A stretch of DNA of 64,000 nucleotides from Actinomycetota bacterium (GCA_023382335.1 JAMCPM010000011.1:65229-129228); one strand, 5' to 3'. Shown: positions 39,961-51,506, counted from the first letter of the stretch. The notes: generated by a model not told the origin, from the sequence alone. A program made the numbers and translations.

Positions 39961-40410
39961 ATGAGCGATTACGAGCATTTCATGCATATAGCCCTGAGTG
40001 AGGCACGCATGGCCGCAGAGAGCGGCGAGGTGCCTGTAGGAGCGGTCATAGAGCGCGGGGGAGAAGTGATCGCCGCTGCCGGCAACGAGCGCGAGGAGCG
40101 CAGGGATCCTACCGCCCACGCCGAGATCCTCGCCATCCGCGAGGCGGCAAAACAGCTGGGGGGCTGGCGGCTGCCGGGTTGCACCATCTACGTGACCGTC
40201 GAGCCTTGTCCGATGTGCGCCGGAGCCATCTATCAGGCGCGTATCGAGCGGCTGGTTTTTGGAGCCGTCGACGAGAAAGCGGGGGCCGCCGGCACACTCA
40301 TGGATATCACCCGCGATTCCCGTCTCAATCACCAGACCGAAGTCGTCGCCGGAGTCCTGGCCGAAGAGAGCGCCGCCATCCTCCGGGAATTCTTTTCGCG
40401 GCGCCGCTGA
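39961..40410 (+). CDS. tadA: tRNA-specific adenosine deaminase
   Basis: HAEILAIREAA...VTVEPCPMCAGAI CDA zinc-binding motifs; start trimmed to MSDYEH (longer ORF would overlap the tRNA). Confidence 0.85.
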   Translation: MSDYEHFMHIALSEARMAAESGEVPVGAVIERGGEVIAAAGNEREERRDPTAHAEILAIREAAKQLGGWRLPGCTIYVTVEPCPMCAGAIYQARIERLVFGAVDEKAGAAGTLMDITRDSRLNHQTEVVAGVLAEESAAILREFFSRRR

Positions 40411-40458
40411 TGCCGGTTTCACCTTATGCCCTGCATTGGATAAACTATCATCTGCAGC

Positions 40459-41288
<830 letters not shown>

Positions 41289-41323
41289 ACCCGGGGCGAT
41301 TCAAACAGCGTGTTAAGGTGAAG

Positions 41324-41611
41324 ATGTTACGCCAATGGGGTGATTATATCGTAGATGAGGTCATCTATGTAACTTTCGGTGATACGATGTTGGAGTTTAT
41401 CGGAGTTACCAATCCGTCATCCACAAAGCATGATACGTGGGGCGTAGGTTATAGGATGATCGCCCTCGAAGTTGATGATATGGATGCCGCGGTTACTTAC
41501 TTAAAGAGCAAAGGTATTGAACTGACAACCGGTCCGGCAGTATTGGGTACATCAAAGCGTGCTGAAATAGTTGACCCAGATGGCCTACCAATCGAACTGC
41601 GGCAGTGGTAG
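41324..41611 (+). pseudogene. Glyoxalase/VOC-family fragment (C-terminal module only), probably truncated
   Basis: GDTMLEFIGV...YRMIALEVDDMDAAVTYLKSKGIELTTGP...KRAEIVDPDGLPIELRQW; only ~96 aa; low GC. Confidence 0.45.
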
Positions 41612-41670
41612 AAACATAATAGGAATTTTATTCTCGATCGAACAAATTAACAAAAAGGAGGTGAAAAATT

Positions 41671-42039
41671 ATGAATATGACGAATATTTCGGGACCTGAC
41701 TTTATCACATTACTTGTCAGTGATTTGGAAACGTCATACAACTTCTACAAAGAAAAAATCGGTTTGAGTGAATCGTCCGAAAAACAACCTAATGCGCGTG
41801 CTTTCGCTACAAAACCGTGCGGGTTAGCAATAAGGCAGTCTCCTGATAAGAGCAAGATGGATAATCCGAGTCAAGGAATTGTTATTTGGTTGCGCACTTC
41901 TGACGCAACCGTTCTATACAACGATTTGAAGAAACGGGGAGTTCCTATCGTCGAGGAACTCCGGAAGAGTCCTTTCGGCATGACCTTTTCATTTAAGGAT
42001 CCCGATGGGTACATCATGGCCGTGCATGAAGGTGGCTAA
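41671..42039 (+). CDS. Glyoxalase/bleomycin-resistance (VOC) family protein
   Basis: 122 aa, AGGAGG RBS, markedly AT-richer than flanks. Confidence 0.6.
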   Translation: MNMTNISGPDFITLLVSDLETSYNFYKEKIGLSESSEKQPNARAFATKPCGLAIRQSPDKSKMDNPSQGIVIWLRTSDATVLYNDLKKRGVPIVEELRKSPFGMTFSFKDPDGYIMAVHEGG

Positions 42040-42317
42040 CACAAATAAAGTATTGCGGTCTAACAAGTCACTCCGGTCAATCCTCTGTCCGTCCGTTCGC
42101 CAGTTTGCGGCTCCGGTCGAGTAGCTGAATGGAAATAGAATTTACCGCCAAAGAAAAACTTGAAATCGTCCTTTCCGCTCCGGTTCAAGGCGAGGCGGGC
42201 GGAAGGGGGGTGTGGGGGGAATTCCGCCCCGCCGAGCCCAGAGAGTTCCGTTCGGATATTTTCAAACAGACACCGCCATTGACCCCCCGGACCGGATGTC
42301 CTTCATGGAGTAAACAC

Positions 42318-43103
42318 ATGCAACGTGTCACCTTCACCAACTCCAGAAATCTCACCCTGGTCGGCAACCTCTATCCGTCGACAGCGAAATCAATCGTCAT
42401 CCTGTCCCATGGTTTTACGTCGGATAAATCCTCCCGCGGCCGGCACGAGCTCCTGGCCGGCTCCCTGGTGCGCTCCGGCTTTTCGGCCTTGGCCTTCGAC
42501 TTCAGCGGCAGCGGCGAGAGCGATGACGACCTGCTGACCATCGAGAACCAGGTGGATGACCTGAACTCGGCGGTTGGTTTTGCCGAGTCTGAAGGCTATC
42601 AGGACATCGCCCTTCAGGGGCACAGCCTTGGCGGCCTCATCAGCCTGATGTCGTACTCACCACTTATCATTACCATGGTCCTTACCGGCCCGGTCACAGG
42701 ACCCGTCAATTATTTATGGGAAGAATATTACTCGCGCGACCGTCTCGACGAGCTGAGAAAAAACGGACGGCTCGAGGTCGAAGTGGAATCGCGGTGGCGG
42801 CAGCAGGTTACCGTCGGCAGCCTGCTGCTCGAGACCTTCGCCACGATCGACCAGGAGCGCCTGCTGACGGGCGTGAAATGCCCGCTGCTCATCATCCACG
42901 GCAACAGCAAGGAAGACGAAGAAGAAAGGATGTTACTGGCAACGACCAGGCGGGGAATAAAATACCTGCCTGAAGGCTCGCGGCTGGATGTCATTGAGGA
43001 GGCCGGCCACAGCTTCACCGGCCATATGGATGAAGTTGTCGACAAGACCGTGGACTGGTACACAAATCATTTACCTGACGGAGGAAACCATGAACGTGAG
43101 TGA
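42318..43103 (+). CDS. Alpha/beta-fold hydrolase
   Basis: GHSLGG nucleophile elbow, HGNSKEDEE and GHSF motifs. Confidence 0.7.
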   Translation: MQRVTFTNSRNLTLVGNLYPSTAKSIVILSHGFTSDKSSRGRHELLAGSLVRSGFSALAFDFSGSGESDDDLLTIENQVDDLNSAVGFAESEGYQDIALQGHSLGGLISLMSYSPLIITMVLTGPVTGPVNYLWEEYYSRDRLDELRKNGRLEVEVESRWRQQVTVGSLLLETFATIDQERLLTGVKCPLLIIHGNSKEDEEERMLLATTRRGIKYLPEGSRLDVIEEAGHSFTGHMDEVVDKTVDWYTNHLPDGGNHERE

Positions 43104-43755
43104 GGCGCTTGCATCCCGCTACACCTGCCGGGATTATCAGGCCAAACCGGTCGCCAGGGAAACCCTGAACGCGATCTTCGCGGCTGCCACGCGGGCGCCG
43201 TCATGGGCCAACACGCAGCCTTGGGAGATATATGTAGCCGGAGGAGACACGCTTGAGGGCTTGCGCCAGGCTTGTCTGCAGAACTTCCTGAACGGGGTTT
43301 CCGGAAGCTCCGAGCTTGCCCGTCCGGACAAGTGGCCGGCCGCCATGCAGGAGCGCATGCACAGCCTGGGAGCGGCGCGATTTGAATCCCTGGGGATCGA
43401 GCGCGGCGATGAAGAGGCAAGGAAGGCGATGTCAGAGAACAACAACCGCTTTTTCGGAGCTCCGGCGGTCGCCTATATCTGCATGGACCGCTCGCTGACA
43501 CCCTGGTCTATCTTCGACCTGGGCATGTTGGCCCAGAGCATCATGTTGGCGGCGGAAGAACTGGGCGTGGCGACCTCGATAGCCTACAACCTGGTGATCT
43601 ATCCCGATCTGATCAGAGAGGCGCTGGAAATCCCGGCAGGCCAGATCATCCTCATCGGCATCGCTCTCGGCTACGCCAAGACGGAATCGGTGCAAAACCG
43701 CTTTCGCAGTCCGCGCAGGCCGCTTGAGGAAGCGGTCAGCTTCCACGGTTTCTAA
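43090..43755 (+). CDS. Nitroreductase-family FMN oxidoreductase
   Basis: MNVSEALASRYTCRDYQAKPV...RAPSWANTQPW nitroreductase N-terminal signature. Confidence 0.75.
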   Translation: MNVSEALASRYTCRDYQAKPVARETLNAIFAAATRAPSWANTQPWEIYVAGGDTLEGLRQACLQNFLNGVSGSSELARPDKWPAAMQERMHSLGAARFESLGIERGDEEARKAMSENNNRFFGAPAVAYICMDRSLTPWSIFDLGMLAQSIMLAAEELGVATSIAYNLVIYPDLIREALEIPAGQIILIGIALGYAKTESVQNRFRSPRRPLEEAVSFHGF

Positions 43756-43799
43756 AGTAGCTTTCTGGCGAGCCGCTCTCCGCCCCAACGGTTCGGAGC

Positions 43800-45536
43800 T
43801 TACGTTTGCTCCGCCGCCGGCCGGGCGCCGCGCGCGTCATCATCGGTCGTGCCCCGCTCGGCTTCCGCCACGACCAGCTCGGGCTCGTGCCCGGGATCGA
43901 TATTGGCAAGTTCCGCTTCCAGTTCCATGCCGCTCTCGGTGAGAGCCGGCGCATTGGAACGCCTCAGCCTGATCTCGGGTATCAGGCAGGTCACAAGAAA
44001 TGCTAGCACCATGATGACCGTGCTGGCTATGAATAAGGTGGCGATCGAGGAGCTGAAAGCAACTTTCAGGGTATCGATGAAGTGGTCGAAAGAGCCCAGG
44101 ATCTGGGACTGTGAATCTGCCGGCGCCTGCGCGACTATGGCTGCCTTGATCTGTGCCTGTCCCTCAGGCGTAAGGAAAGTCTGCAGAGTGTTGGAATCGA
44201 TCTTGCTCACGGCATCCGGATTCAATTTGCTCATTGCCTGAACGAAGTTGTCGCTCGACAGGCCGCTCAGCTTGTCTGCCAGCTGGCTGTTCAGCATTCC
44301 GCCGAGGATAGCGCTGCCGACCGTGCTGCCAATGCTTCTGAAGAGCTGTGTGGACGCTGTCACCTGGCCGAGTTGGGAATGGCCGAAGGCGCTTTGGACA
44401 GCGATCATGAAGATAGGCATGGTCATGCCCAGTCCCAGGCCGGTGACAACCATGTTCAGCCGCAATGTGCCGCTGGTTGTGTCAACGCCCATTCGCGACA
44501 TCATGAACAGTCCGACACAGCTGATCGCCATGCCGGTGATTCCTATGATCTTGTATTTGCCTGTACGCGAGACGATCTGGCCGGTGATGACCGACGCTAC
44601 GATCAGGCCGCCCATCAGCGGCGTCAGGATCAGCCCCGAATTCGTCGCCGAGACGCCGACCACACCCTGCGCGAACAGGGGGATGAAAATTATGGCGCCG
44701 AACAACCCCATCGACGAAAGGAAGGTCGCCGCCACCGAAACGCTAAAAACGCGGTTGCGGAAAAGCGACAGCGGCAGGATCGGTTCCTTGGCCTTCATCT
44801 CGGCAACGCCAAAGGCGATAAGCGAAGCCGCCGAAAGCGTGAACAGGCCGATGATGACATCGGAGGTCCACGCATATTCGCTGCCGCCCCAGACGAAGGC
44901 GAGGAGCATCGGTATCAGGCCTGCGGCCAGCAAAAAAGCCCCGGCATAGTCCAGCGCCCGCTGCTTGACGTCAGGCCTGATCCTGGGGAAGCCCAGGCCT
45001 ATGACCGCCAGGGCGAACAGGCCCAGCGGGATATTGATGAAAAAGATCCAGCGCCAGGTGCTGTTGTCGGTGATCCAGCCGCCCATCAGAGGGCCGGCGA
45101 CGCTGGCGAGGCCGAAGGCGCCGCCGATCAGGCCCTGCCATTTGCCACGCTCTGCCGGCGGGAATATGTCTCCTACGGCGGCGACCGAAAGAACCATCAG
45201 CGCGCCGCCGCCGATGCCCTGGAAGCTGCGGAAGGCGATCAGCTGCCCCATGCTCTGGGCAAAACCGCACATCACCGAGCCGGCCAGGAAGATCGTGATC
45301 GCCGCCAGGAAGAAGCTGCGGCGTCCGTAGATGTCGGAGAGTTTGCCGTAGATGGGAACGGTGATGGCGGAGACCAGCATGTAAGCGGTAAAGACCCAGC
45401 TGAAGTGGTCGAGGCCGTTGAGGTCCTGAACTATTTTTGGCATCGCGGTGGCTACGATGGTCGAATCCAGCGCCGCCAATAACATGGCCAGCATCACGCC
45501 GGCCATTACCATGAACTTGCTATTTCTGCTCAACAT
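43800..45536 (-). CDS. MFS transporter, 14-TM DHA2 (EmrB/QacA) drug:H+ antiporter family
   Basis: 578 aa, 14 TM helices, MFS motifs [10 protein letters not shown] and [13 protein letters not shown]. Confidence 0.85.
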   Translation of the reverse strand: MLSRNSKFMVMAGVMLAMLLAALDSTIVATAMPKIVQDLNGLDHFSWVFTAYMLVSAITVPIYGKLSDIYGRRSFFLAAITIFLAGSVMCGFAQSMGQLIAFRSFQGIGGGALMVLSVAAVGDIFPPAERGKWQGLIGGAFGLASVAGPLMGGWITDNSTWRWIFFINIPLGLFALAVIGLGFPRIRPDVKQRALDYAGAFLLAAGLIPMLLAFVWGGSEYAWTSDVIIGLFTLSAASLIAFGVAEMKAKEPILPLSLFRNRVFSVSVAATFLSSMGLFGAIIFIPLFAQGVVGVSATNSGLILTPLMGGLIVASVITGQIVSRTGKYKIIGITGMAISCVGLFMMSRMGVDTTSGTLRLNMVVTGLGLGMTMPIFMIAVQSAFGHSQLGQVTASTQLFRSIGSTVGSAILGGMLNSQLADKLSGLSSDNFVQAMSKLNPDAVSKIDSNTLQTFLTPEGQAQIKAAIVAQAPADSQSQILGSFDHFIDTLKVAFSSSIATLFIASTVIMVLAFLVTCLIPEIRLRRSNAPALTESGMELEAELANIDPGHEPELVVAEAERGTTDDDARGARPAAEQT

Positions 45537-45543
45537 CTTCTGA

Positions 45544-45789
45544 TCAGGCCTCCGTTTCAGCTATAATCTTACGAATGGAATCGAGCCGGTCGGAAAGGTG
45601 CGTGGCGAACTGTTCCAGCTCGGAAAGTTTGACCATTGCCACCATGTTGTCGCCGAAGCCGAACGTCAGCAGCTTGTCGCCCTTCTCGATGCGCATGCTC
45701 TGGCGCGCCTCGGCCGGGATCACGACCTGGCCTTTTTCCCCTACGGTGGTAGTGCCATAGAAGTGCTCTTCGGCAAGTTTCTTCTTCAT
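45544..45789 (-). CDS. AbrB/MazE/SpoVT-family DNA-binding protein
   Basis: [27 protein letters not shown] swapped-hairpin motif; no adjacent toxin gene. Confidence 0.65.
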   Translation of the reverse strand: MKKKLAEEHFYGTTTVGEKGQVVIPAEARQSMRIEKGDKLLTFGFGDNMVAMVKLSELEQFATHLSDRLDSIRKIIAETEA

Positions 45790-45929
45790 TCCCGCGTCTT
45801 TCGTAGATTCCTACATGTAGGAAAAGTATAACAATAATTTCTCACCACAGGCAACGCCTTCAGTTGCCGCGGCAGACGCCGTTTGTCTATTGACCCCCTG
45901 ATGTTGGATAATTTCATGTCTGGAGCGGG

Positions 45930-46025
<96 letters not shown>

Positions 46026-46064
46026 TTGGAACATTGGCTTTCCATTGCTTCCAAATGTTTACAC

Positions 46065-46141
<77 letters not shown>

Positions 46142-46181
46142 ATTCTTGCGGCGGATTAAGCTATCAAAAAAGGGAGTGCTT

Positions 46182-46661
46182 GTGGAACGTCCCTTATGGG
46201 CGCCCTGGAGAATTTCATACATCCTGGGGGAGAAGGAAGAGACCTGCCTTTTCTGCCGCGTGCTGGAAGAGGACCGGGACGTCGATAACCTGGTCCTGTA
46301 CCGCGGCCGGCTCGCCTTCGTCATCATGAATCTTTACCCCTACAACCCCGGTCACCTGATGGTGGCTCCCAATCGCCATGTATCCGAGCTGGAGCTGCTC
46401 GAAGCCGATGAGGCGCACGAGATCATGGACCTGACCCAGAAATGCGTTTCCGTGCTCAAGCAGACGATGCACCCCCATGCCCTTAATTCCGGCTTCAACC
46501 AGGGCGAGATCGCCGGCTCGAGCATCAAGGAGCACCTGCACCTGCACATCGTGCCCCGCTGGCAGGGGGATAATAACTTCATGCCGGTGCTGGCCGACAT
46601 CCATGTGGTCCCCCAGGCTCTCGAAGAAACTTACAGGATGCTCGTCCCGCTTTTTTCCTAG
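46182..46661 (+). CDS. HIT (histidine triad) family nucleotide hydrolase/transferase
   Basis: HLHLHIVPR histidine triad; GTG start 5 nt after AGGGAG. Confidence 0.7.
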   Translation: MERPLWAPWRISYILGEKEETCLFCRVLEEDRDVDNLVLYRGRLAFVIMNLYPYNPGHLMVAPNRHVSELELLEADEAHEIMDLTQKCVSVLKQTMHPHALNSGFNQGEIAGSSIKEHLHLHIVPRWQGDNNFMPVLADIHVVPQALEETYRMLVPLFS

Positions 46662-46860
46662 AGCGCTCTCTATCTCTGAGACAAGGGTGCTTGTCAGCCC
46701 TGGGACAGGGCTTCCCCAAGGTTTGACACCCCGCTTCACCTCCATTAAAGTGAACTAAGCTAATCATCTTCAACTAATACATTCAGCTTTACATTTTCCA
46801 GGACATTTTTGCGGAAGATCTCGACGGTCGGGGGCTTGATGGAAAGTTCATGGAGGCTCA

Positions 46861-47301
46861 ATGGAGATAAGCAGACAGGCGGATTACGCCATCAGGGCGA
46901 TACTCGACCTTTCCAGGTTCCCGGCCGGGGAGCTCGCCCAGACTCGCGACATTGCCAGGCGCCAGGGGATTCCTGAAAAATATCTGCCGACCATCGTGCG
47001 CACGCTCGCCCGCTCGGGGCTCCTCAGGACCTTGAGAGGCAGTCACGGAGGCATCACGCTCGCGCGGCCTCCGGCGCAGATAACATTGCGCGATGTCGTC
47101 GAAGCCATTGACGGCCCGGTGCTGCTTAACCGGTGCCTGCTGCGCCCGGGGGAGTGCACGGTGGGGGCAAGCGGTTACTGTTCACTGCATTTCTTCTGGG
47201 AGCGGATGGTGGAAGAGATCGAGCAGAAGCTGGAGGAGATAAACTTCGGGGATCTTCTCGACGGCAAAGCAGTAGATTTCGGTCTGCCGGATAACGGCTG
47301 A
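46861..47301 (+). CDS. Rrf2-family transcriptional regulator (three-Cys, IscR/NsrR-like)
   Basis: MEISRQADYAIRAILDLS wHTH; Cys cluster CLLRPGECTVGASGYCSLH. Confidence 0.8.
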   Translation: MEISRQADYAIRAILDLSRFPAGELAQTRDIARRQGIPEKYLPTIVRTLARSGLLRTLRGSHGGITLARPPAQITLRDVVEAIDGPVLLNRCLLRPGECTVGASGYCSLHFFWERMVEEIEQKLEEINFGDLLDGKAVDFGLPDNG

Positions 47302-47349
47302 CCGGTAAGGCGCCCGCCTCCCGACGGCGCCCCGGCCAGAGCTCTCAGG

Positions 47350-47802
47350 CTATCTCGCCAGGAGATTATCCAGGTTCTGTTGCAGCGTCGGTTGATCCTG
47401 GAAAGAATCGGTGACCTGGACCCGGTTTCCGTTCTTGTCTATGAACAGCATTCCCGGGATATGCGTGATGCCGTAGCGCTGGTACTCGCAATAACCCTCA
47501 GGGGTCGCCAGATCGTAGCGGAGAAATTCTATTCTGTCCTGATACGCTTTCTGTAGCTCATCAACGATGGGCTTCTCCTTCTGGCACACCGGTCAGGTGT
47601 CGCGGAAGAAGTAGACGTGTTGAGGCTTGCCGCTGGGTGGGGGGATGATGCTGGGTGCGTCTGCCTTGCACTGTGGTGCGGTAGCGGCCGCCGTGGTCGT
47701 TGAATCACCGCCGCATCCGGCCAAAAGCACTGCAAGCAGCAGGGCTGAAGCAAAACCGAGAATCAAAAGGATATAATTTTTGCGCTTCATAATGCCCAAC
47801 AT
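47350..47802 (-). CDS. Candidate selenoprotein: thioredoxin-fold lipoprotein with in-frame TGA (plus coords 47593-47595) giving a U-P-V-C redox motif
   Basis: Two minus-strand ORFs in the same frame separated only by TGA; upstream part has lipoprotein signal MKRKNYILLILGFASALLLAVLLAGC and beta-strand HVYFF; downstream part completes the thioredoxin fold. Confidence 0.5.
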
Positions 47803-47910
47803 TCTAGCTCAATCCTTTCTTAAAAGGAAAGCAATGTATGGAAATGGCCGGGTGCATGTTTCCCTTTTAAACAGCACCTATGCCCCGAAGGCCATTGTTA
47901 TAATCATTTA

Positions 47911-48975
47911 ATGAAGATCCTTGCTGCCGACATCGGCCACGGTACCGCTGACTTACTGGTTTTTGACTCCGATCTGGAGATCGAGAACTGCGCCAAAATG
48001 GTCGTGCCCTCAAGGACGCAGATGGTCGCCCGCCGGATCACCGAAGCCACGGGCAGGGGCCTTCCTGTTTCAATGAGCGGGCCCGTGATGGGTGGCGGTC
48101 CCTGCGGGGCGGCGCTGAAAAAACATCTGGAAGCAGGGCTGCTGTTCTTCGCCGACCCTACGGCAGCCTTGACATTTCACGACGACATCAGCAAGGTTGA
48201 GGGCTGGGGCGTGACCGTCATCGACGACCCCGAAGCAGCCTTGCCGGCCGGCGGCATCATCATTAAAAGCGGAGACCTGGACCCGGGGTCGCTGTCGCGT
48301 GCATTCAGCGAGCTCGGGATCGGCTTCCGATTCGACGGCGTCGCCATCGCCGTGCAGGACCATGGTTATTCACCTGGGGCCAGCAACCGCAGGCGCCGTT
48401 TTTCGCTGTGGCGCGGTCTTCTGGCCGATAATGCCGATCTTGCGAGTCTGGCCTTCCCCGCGGAATCTATTCCTCAAAGCTATACGCGCATGAAGTCGGC
48501 GGCTTCGATCTTCGCCGGTTTCGAGCGGGTGCTGCTGATGGACACCGGTCCGGCGGCGCTGCTCGGCGCTACCCTGGCGGCGCAACCGGGCGCCGGGGCG
48601 CGCCTGGTCGCGAACATCGGCAACGGGCATTCGCTGGCGGCGATCGTCACCGGCGGCTGCATCGACGGACTGTTCGAACACCATACGGGCATGCTCGAAC
48701 GCGAGAGCTTCGATTCATACATGAGGCGCTTCCTGGAGGGAGGACTCAGCGATGATGAAGTCTTCGACGGGGGCGGCCATGGCTGCATCCCGCCTTCACG
48801 CGCTTACTCTCTGGAAGAGCTGGGACCGCTGCTGGTTACGGGGCCGCGGCGCGAGATCGTCGCCGGCGGCAGTCTGCAGCTGGAGATGGCTGCGCCCTTC
48901 GGGGATATGATGTTGACGGGATGCTTCGGTCTGGTCGCGGCCTGGCGGCTGGCTAGCCGAGATCGCGCTTTCTGA
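47911..48975 (+). CDS. DUF1786-like ASKHA-fold (actin/sugar-kinase-like ATPase) hypothetical protein
   Basis: MKILAADIGHGTADLLVF N-terminal phosphate-1-like motif; 354 aa. Confidence 0.45.
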   Translation: MKILAADIGHGTADLLVFDSDLEIENCAKMVVPSRTQMVARRITEATGRGLPVSMSGPVMGGGPCGAALKKHLEAGLLFFADPTAALTFHDDISKVEGWGVTVIDDPEAALPAGGIIIKSGDLDPGSLSRAFSELGIGFRFDGVAIAVQDHGYSPGASNRRRRFSLWRGLLADNADLASLAFPAESIPQSYTRMKSAASIFAGFERVLLMDTGPAALLGATLAAQPGAGARLVANIGNGHSLAAIVTGGCIDGLFEHHTGMLERESFDSYMRRFLEGGLSDDEVFDGGGHGCIPPSRAYSLEELGPLLVTGPRREIVAGGSLQLEMAAPFGDMMLTGCFGLVAAWRLASRDRAF

Positions 48976-49780
48976 AAATCCAGGAAGCCAGAAGGATGGC
49001 TCCGCCGATATACAAGGCTTCATAGCCGAACGACCATCCCCGGGGAGCGAACGTCGCCGTTTCGGTGCCGGCCAGCTCGGCTGCCCGTGATTGCCCCATG
49101 AGCACCATGCTCGCCAGATCGCTCACCTCGCTTACCGGCAACAGCATCCTCAATATGTTCGCCAGCGACACGACGAAGACGTTGTCGGAAGTCTGGCCGA
49201 TGGCGTTGATGACGCGCAGATTTGAGGTAAAGATAAAAAGCAGGAAGACAAAGATGGCGTTGGCGATCACCGGCAGAAAGGTCGAGAACAGCAGTGTCAG
49301 GCTGACCATGGTCACCACGTTGAGGGTAACCAGGCCGATCGCGGGCAGGAAGCGCCAGATGAAAACCCCCGAGCCCATCGAGACCGTCGCCCACAGGACC
49401 AGACCCATGATCAACACATAGCCCGCCATCAGCAGCGCGTGGCCCAGCCATTTTCCGAAGATGACCTGCCAGCGGTGCACGGGCTTGGTGATCACGGCCA
49501 GGATGGTTCCCTTGTCGACCTCGGTGAAAATGGCTCCCAGGGTCGTGAAGATGGCCATGCTCATGCCGATGAAATTGAGTCCGCCCATGGCAAAGCTGAG
49601 GAAGTCGCGGCCGGCGGCGGTCTTCATCTCCATGTCGCCGACGACGGCGCTGCCGCCGGACGATGAGCTGAGCACCGGCACCATCGCCAGGTAGAGGAAA
49701 CTTATTACCAGCCCGACGATCATGGTCCTGCTGCGGATCGTCTGCCGCAGGGTGAAGGAGGCCAGCGTCCAGGTCTTCAC
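48953..49780 (-). CDS. ABC-2-type transporter permease
   Basis: 275 aa, 6 TM helices; overlaps the ATPase gene by 4 nt. Confidence 0.7.
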   Translation of the reverse strand: MKTWTLASFTLRQTIRSRTMIVGLVISFLYLAMVPVLSSSSGGSAVVGDMEMKTAAGRDFLSFAMGGLNFIGMSMAIFTTLGAIFTEVDKGTILAVITKPVHRWQVIFGKWLGHALLMAGYVLIMGLVLWATVSMGSGVFIWRFLPAIGLVTLNVVTMVSLTLLFSTFLPVIANAIFVFLLFIFTSNLRVINAIGQTSDNVFVVSLANILRMLLPVSEVSDLASMVLMGQSRAAELAGTETATFAPRGWSFGYEALYIGGAILLASWIFRKRDLG

Positions 49781-50709
49781 GCGCCGCTCTCCTCGATCGA
49801 CTGCACGAAGACCTCTTCCAGCTGCTGGCTGCGCGGGGTGAATTCCCGCAGGACGGCGCCGCTGTCCATGATCATTCTTGCCAGCAGCGGCACCTGCTCT
49901 TCATCCTCGAGAGTGACGGTCATGTCACCGTTGTTGGTCTCGATGTTGGTGGCCATCCGCCGTATCTTCTCAAGGGTCTCTTCCGGCAGTCCCTCGACGC
50001 GGATGTCAACGCAATGGGTCGTCTGGATCAGCGACTGTATGTCGCCGACCCGGATGAGTTTACCCTTGTTGAGGATGCCTATCTGGGAACAGGTCATCTC
50101 GACTTCGGACAGCAGATGCGAATTGAGAAAGACGGTGGTGCCCCCGTCGCGAAGGCTCAGGATCAGATCGCGGACGTCCCGCCGGCCCAGTGGGTCGAGC
50201 GCCGACGTCGGCTCGTCGAGAAACAGCAGTTCCGGCTTGTTGATGATCGCCTGGCCGATGCCGATCCGCTGCAACATTCCTTTGGAGAAAGTGCGTATGC
50301 GCGACCTGGCCGCTTCCTTCAGGCCCACCAGTTCGAGGACTTCCTCGATGCGGCGCTTGCGATCGGCTGCGGGCATGCCGTACAGGCGGGCGTGAAAATC
50401 GAGGAATTCCTCGGCGCGAAGAAAGTCATGGAACTGAAACAGCTCGGGCAGATAGCCGATTTTTTCCCTGGCGGCGATGTCGCCGATGGGGCTGCCCAGC
50501 AGACTGGCCCGCCCCGAGGAGGGGAAGATGATCTGCATCAGCATCTGCACAGTGGTGGTCTTGCCGGCGCCATTGGGCCCCAGAAAACCAAACACTTCAC
50601 CCGGGCCTACGCTCAGTTCGAGACTGTCGACGGCTTTAACTTCCTCGTCTCCAAACCCGTAGACCTTCGTGAGCCCTTCGATCTCGATGGCAGCAGACAT
50701 CGGCCTCAC
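49777..50709 (-). CDS. ABC transporter ATP-binding protein
   Basis: Walker A GPNGAGKTT, signature LSGGMQQR-like (FSKGMLQRIGIGQA), Walker B LLFLDEPTSALD. Confidence 0.85.
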   Translation of the reverse strand: MRPMSAAIEIEGLTKVYGFGDEEVKAVDSLELSVGPGEVFGFLGPNGAGKTTTVQMLMQIIFPSSGRASLLGSPIGDIAAREKIGYLPELFQFHDFLRAEEFLDFHARLYGMPAADRKRRIEEVLELVGLKEAARSRIRTFSKGMLQRIGIGQAIINKPELLFLDEPTSALDPLGRRDVRDLILSLRDGGTTVFLNSHLLSEVEMTCSQIGILNKGKLIRVGDIQSLIQTTHCVDIRVEGLPEETLEKIRRMATNIETNNGDMTVTLEDEEQVPLLARMIMDSGAVLREFTPRSQQLEEVFVQSIEESGA

Positions 50710-51249
50710 CCAAATTCGACTTTTTGAGGATCATTCCCTTTCAAAGGAGGCTTTGCCGCCATCAAACTCGACAACCGGCATCCGCACCAACCGCTCTCGA
50801 ATACTGTAATTTAAAGCCCCCCGGAGGGAAAGATTCCGTCGCTCGCCGCCGGAAGGCGGAGAAGTTCAATAATTATAGTCACAGTGGCCTTAATTGCGCA
50901 ATAATTTATGCTGATAGCCCCGCCGCAAACGGCATTTTTCCGGCAACGCCCAGGCGTATGAAATCGTGGCCGATCGGTGGCATAATTAAGGATAGGCTCC
51001 GGCGTCTGCTTGTTCCCTCTGCGACCGAACCATTCATTGCTGGAAAACATCGCGCCGTGATATCGTAGATACCTGAAGAAGCCCCGGCGGGCCTACCGGC
51101 TGGATCACACCAGCCGCCATTCCCGCGCGGAGGAAGGGGGGGGTTGGGGTGATTGGGAAGCATTTTTAGTAAAATGTTGGTCGCGGTTTGAATCCCCAGG
51201 CCGCAGTCCGACGTCAAATGGACGAAATATTGTCCAAAGGAGGAGGAAA

Positions 51250-51498
51250 ATGAGCGAAGGAATCGATGTAAAGGCTGATTCTGTCCTCGATGTGCAGGGC
51301 CTTTGTTGCCCGATGCCGGTCGTCAAGGCCAAGAAGGCAATGGACGCCATCGAAGTGGGACAGGTGCTCGAGATCATCGGCACCGACCCCGGTTCGAAAG
51401 GTGACATGCCGGCTTGGGCCAATCGCGCCGGACACGAGTTTCTAGGCTCGACCGAGGAAGGAGAAGTGTTCCATTTTTGGGTTAAGAAAGGAAAGTGA
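51250..51498 (+). CDS. tusA: TusA-like sulfurtransferase
   Basis: GLCCPMPVVKAKKAM CPxP active-site motif; 82 aa. Confidence 0.75.
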   Translation: MSEGIDVKADSVLDVQGLCCPMPVVKAKKAMDAIEVGQVLEIIGTDPGSKGDMPAWANRAGHEFLGSTEEGEVFHFWVKKGK

Positions 51499-51506
51499 AT
51501 TTCTAA

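Noticed and set aside
39829-40410. Long form of the tadA ORF starting at 39829
   Set aside because: The extension overlaps tRNA-Arg(ACG) and has no homology; the conserved TadA N-terminus begins at MSDYEH (39961).
44373-45482. 369-aa plus-strand ORF rich in Arg/Asp/Gln
   Set aside because: Antisense to the MFS transporter gene.
47350-47589. Stand-alone 79-aa GTG-start ORF (MCQKEK...)
   Set aside because: It would be a thioredoxin fold missing its first strand and with a single Cys; the in-frame TGA fusion to the upstream lipoprotein ORF explains it better.
50906-51435. Three overlapping 70-105-aa minus-strand ORFs in the tusA upstream region
   Set aside because: No RBS or start context, mutually overlapping frames, Pro/Arg/Gly-rich; treated as non-coding leader.
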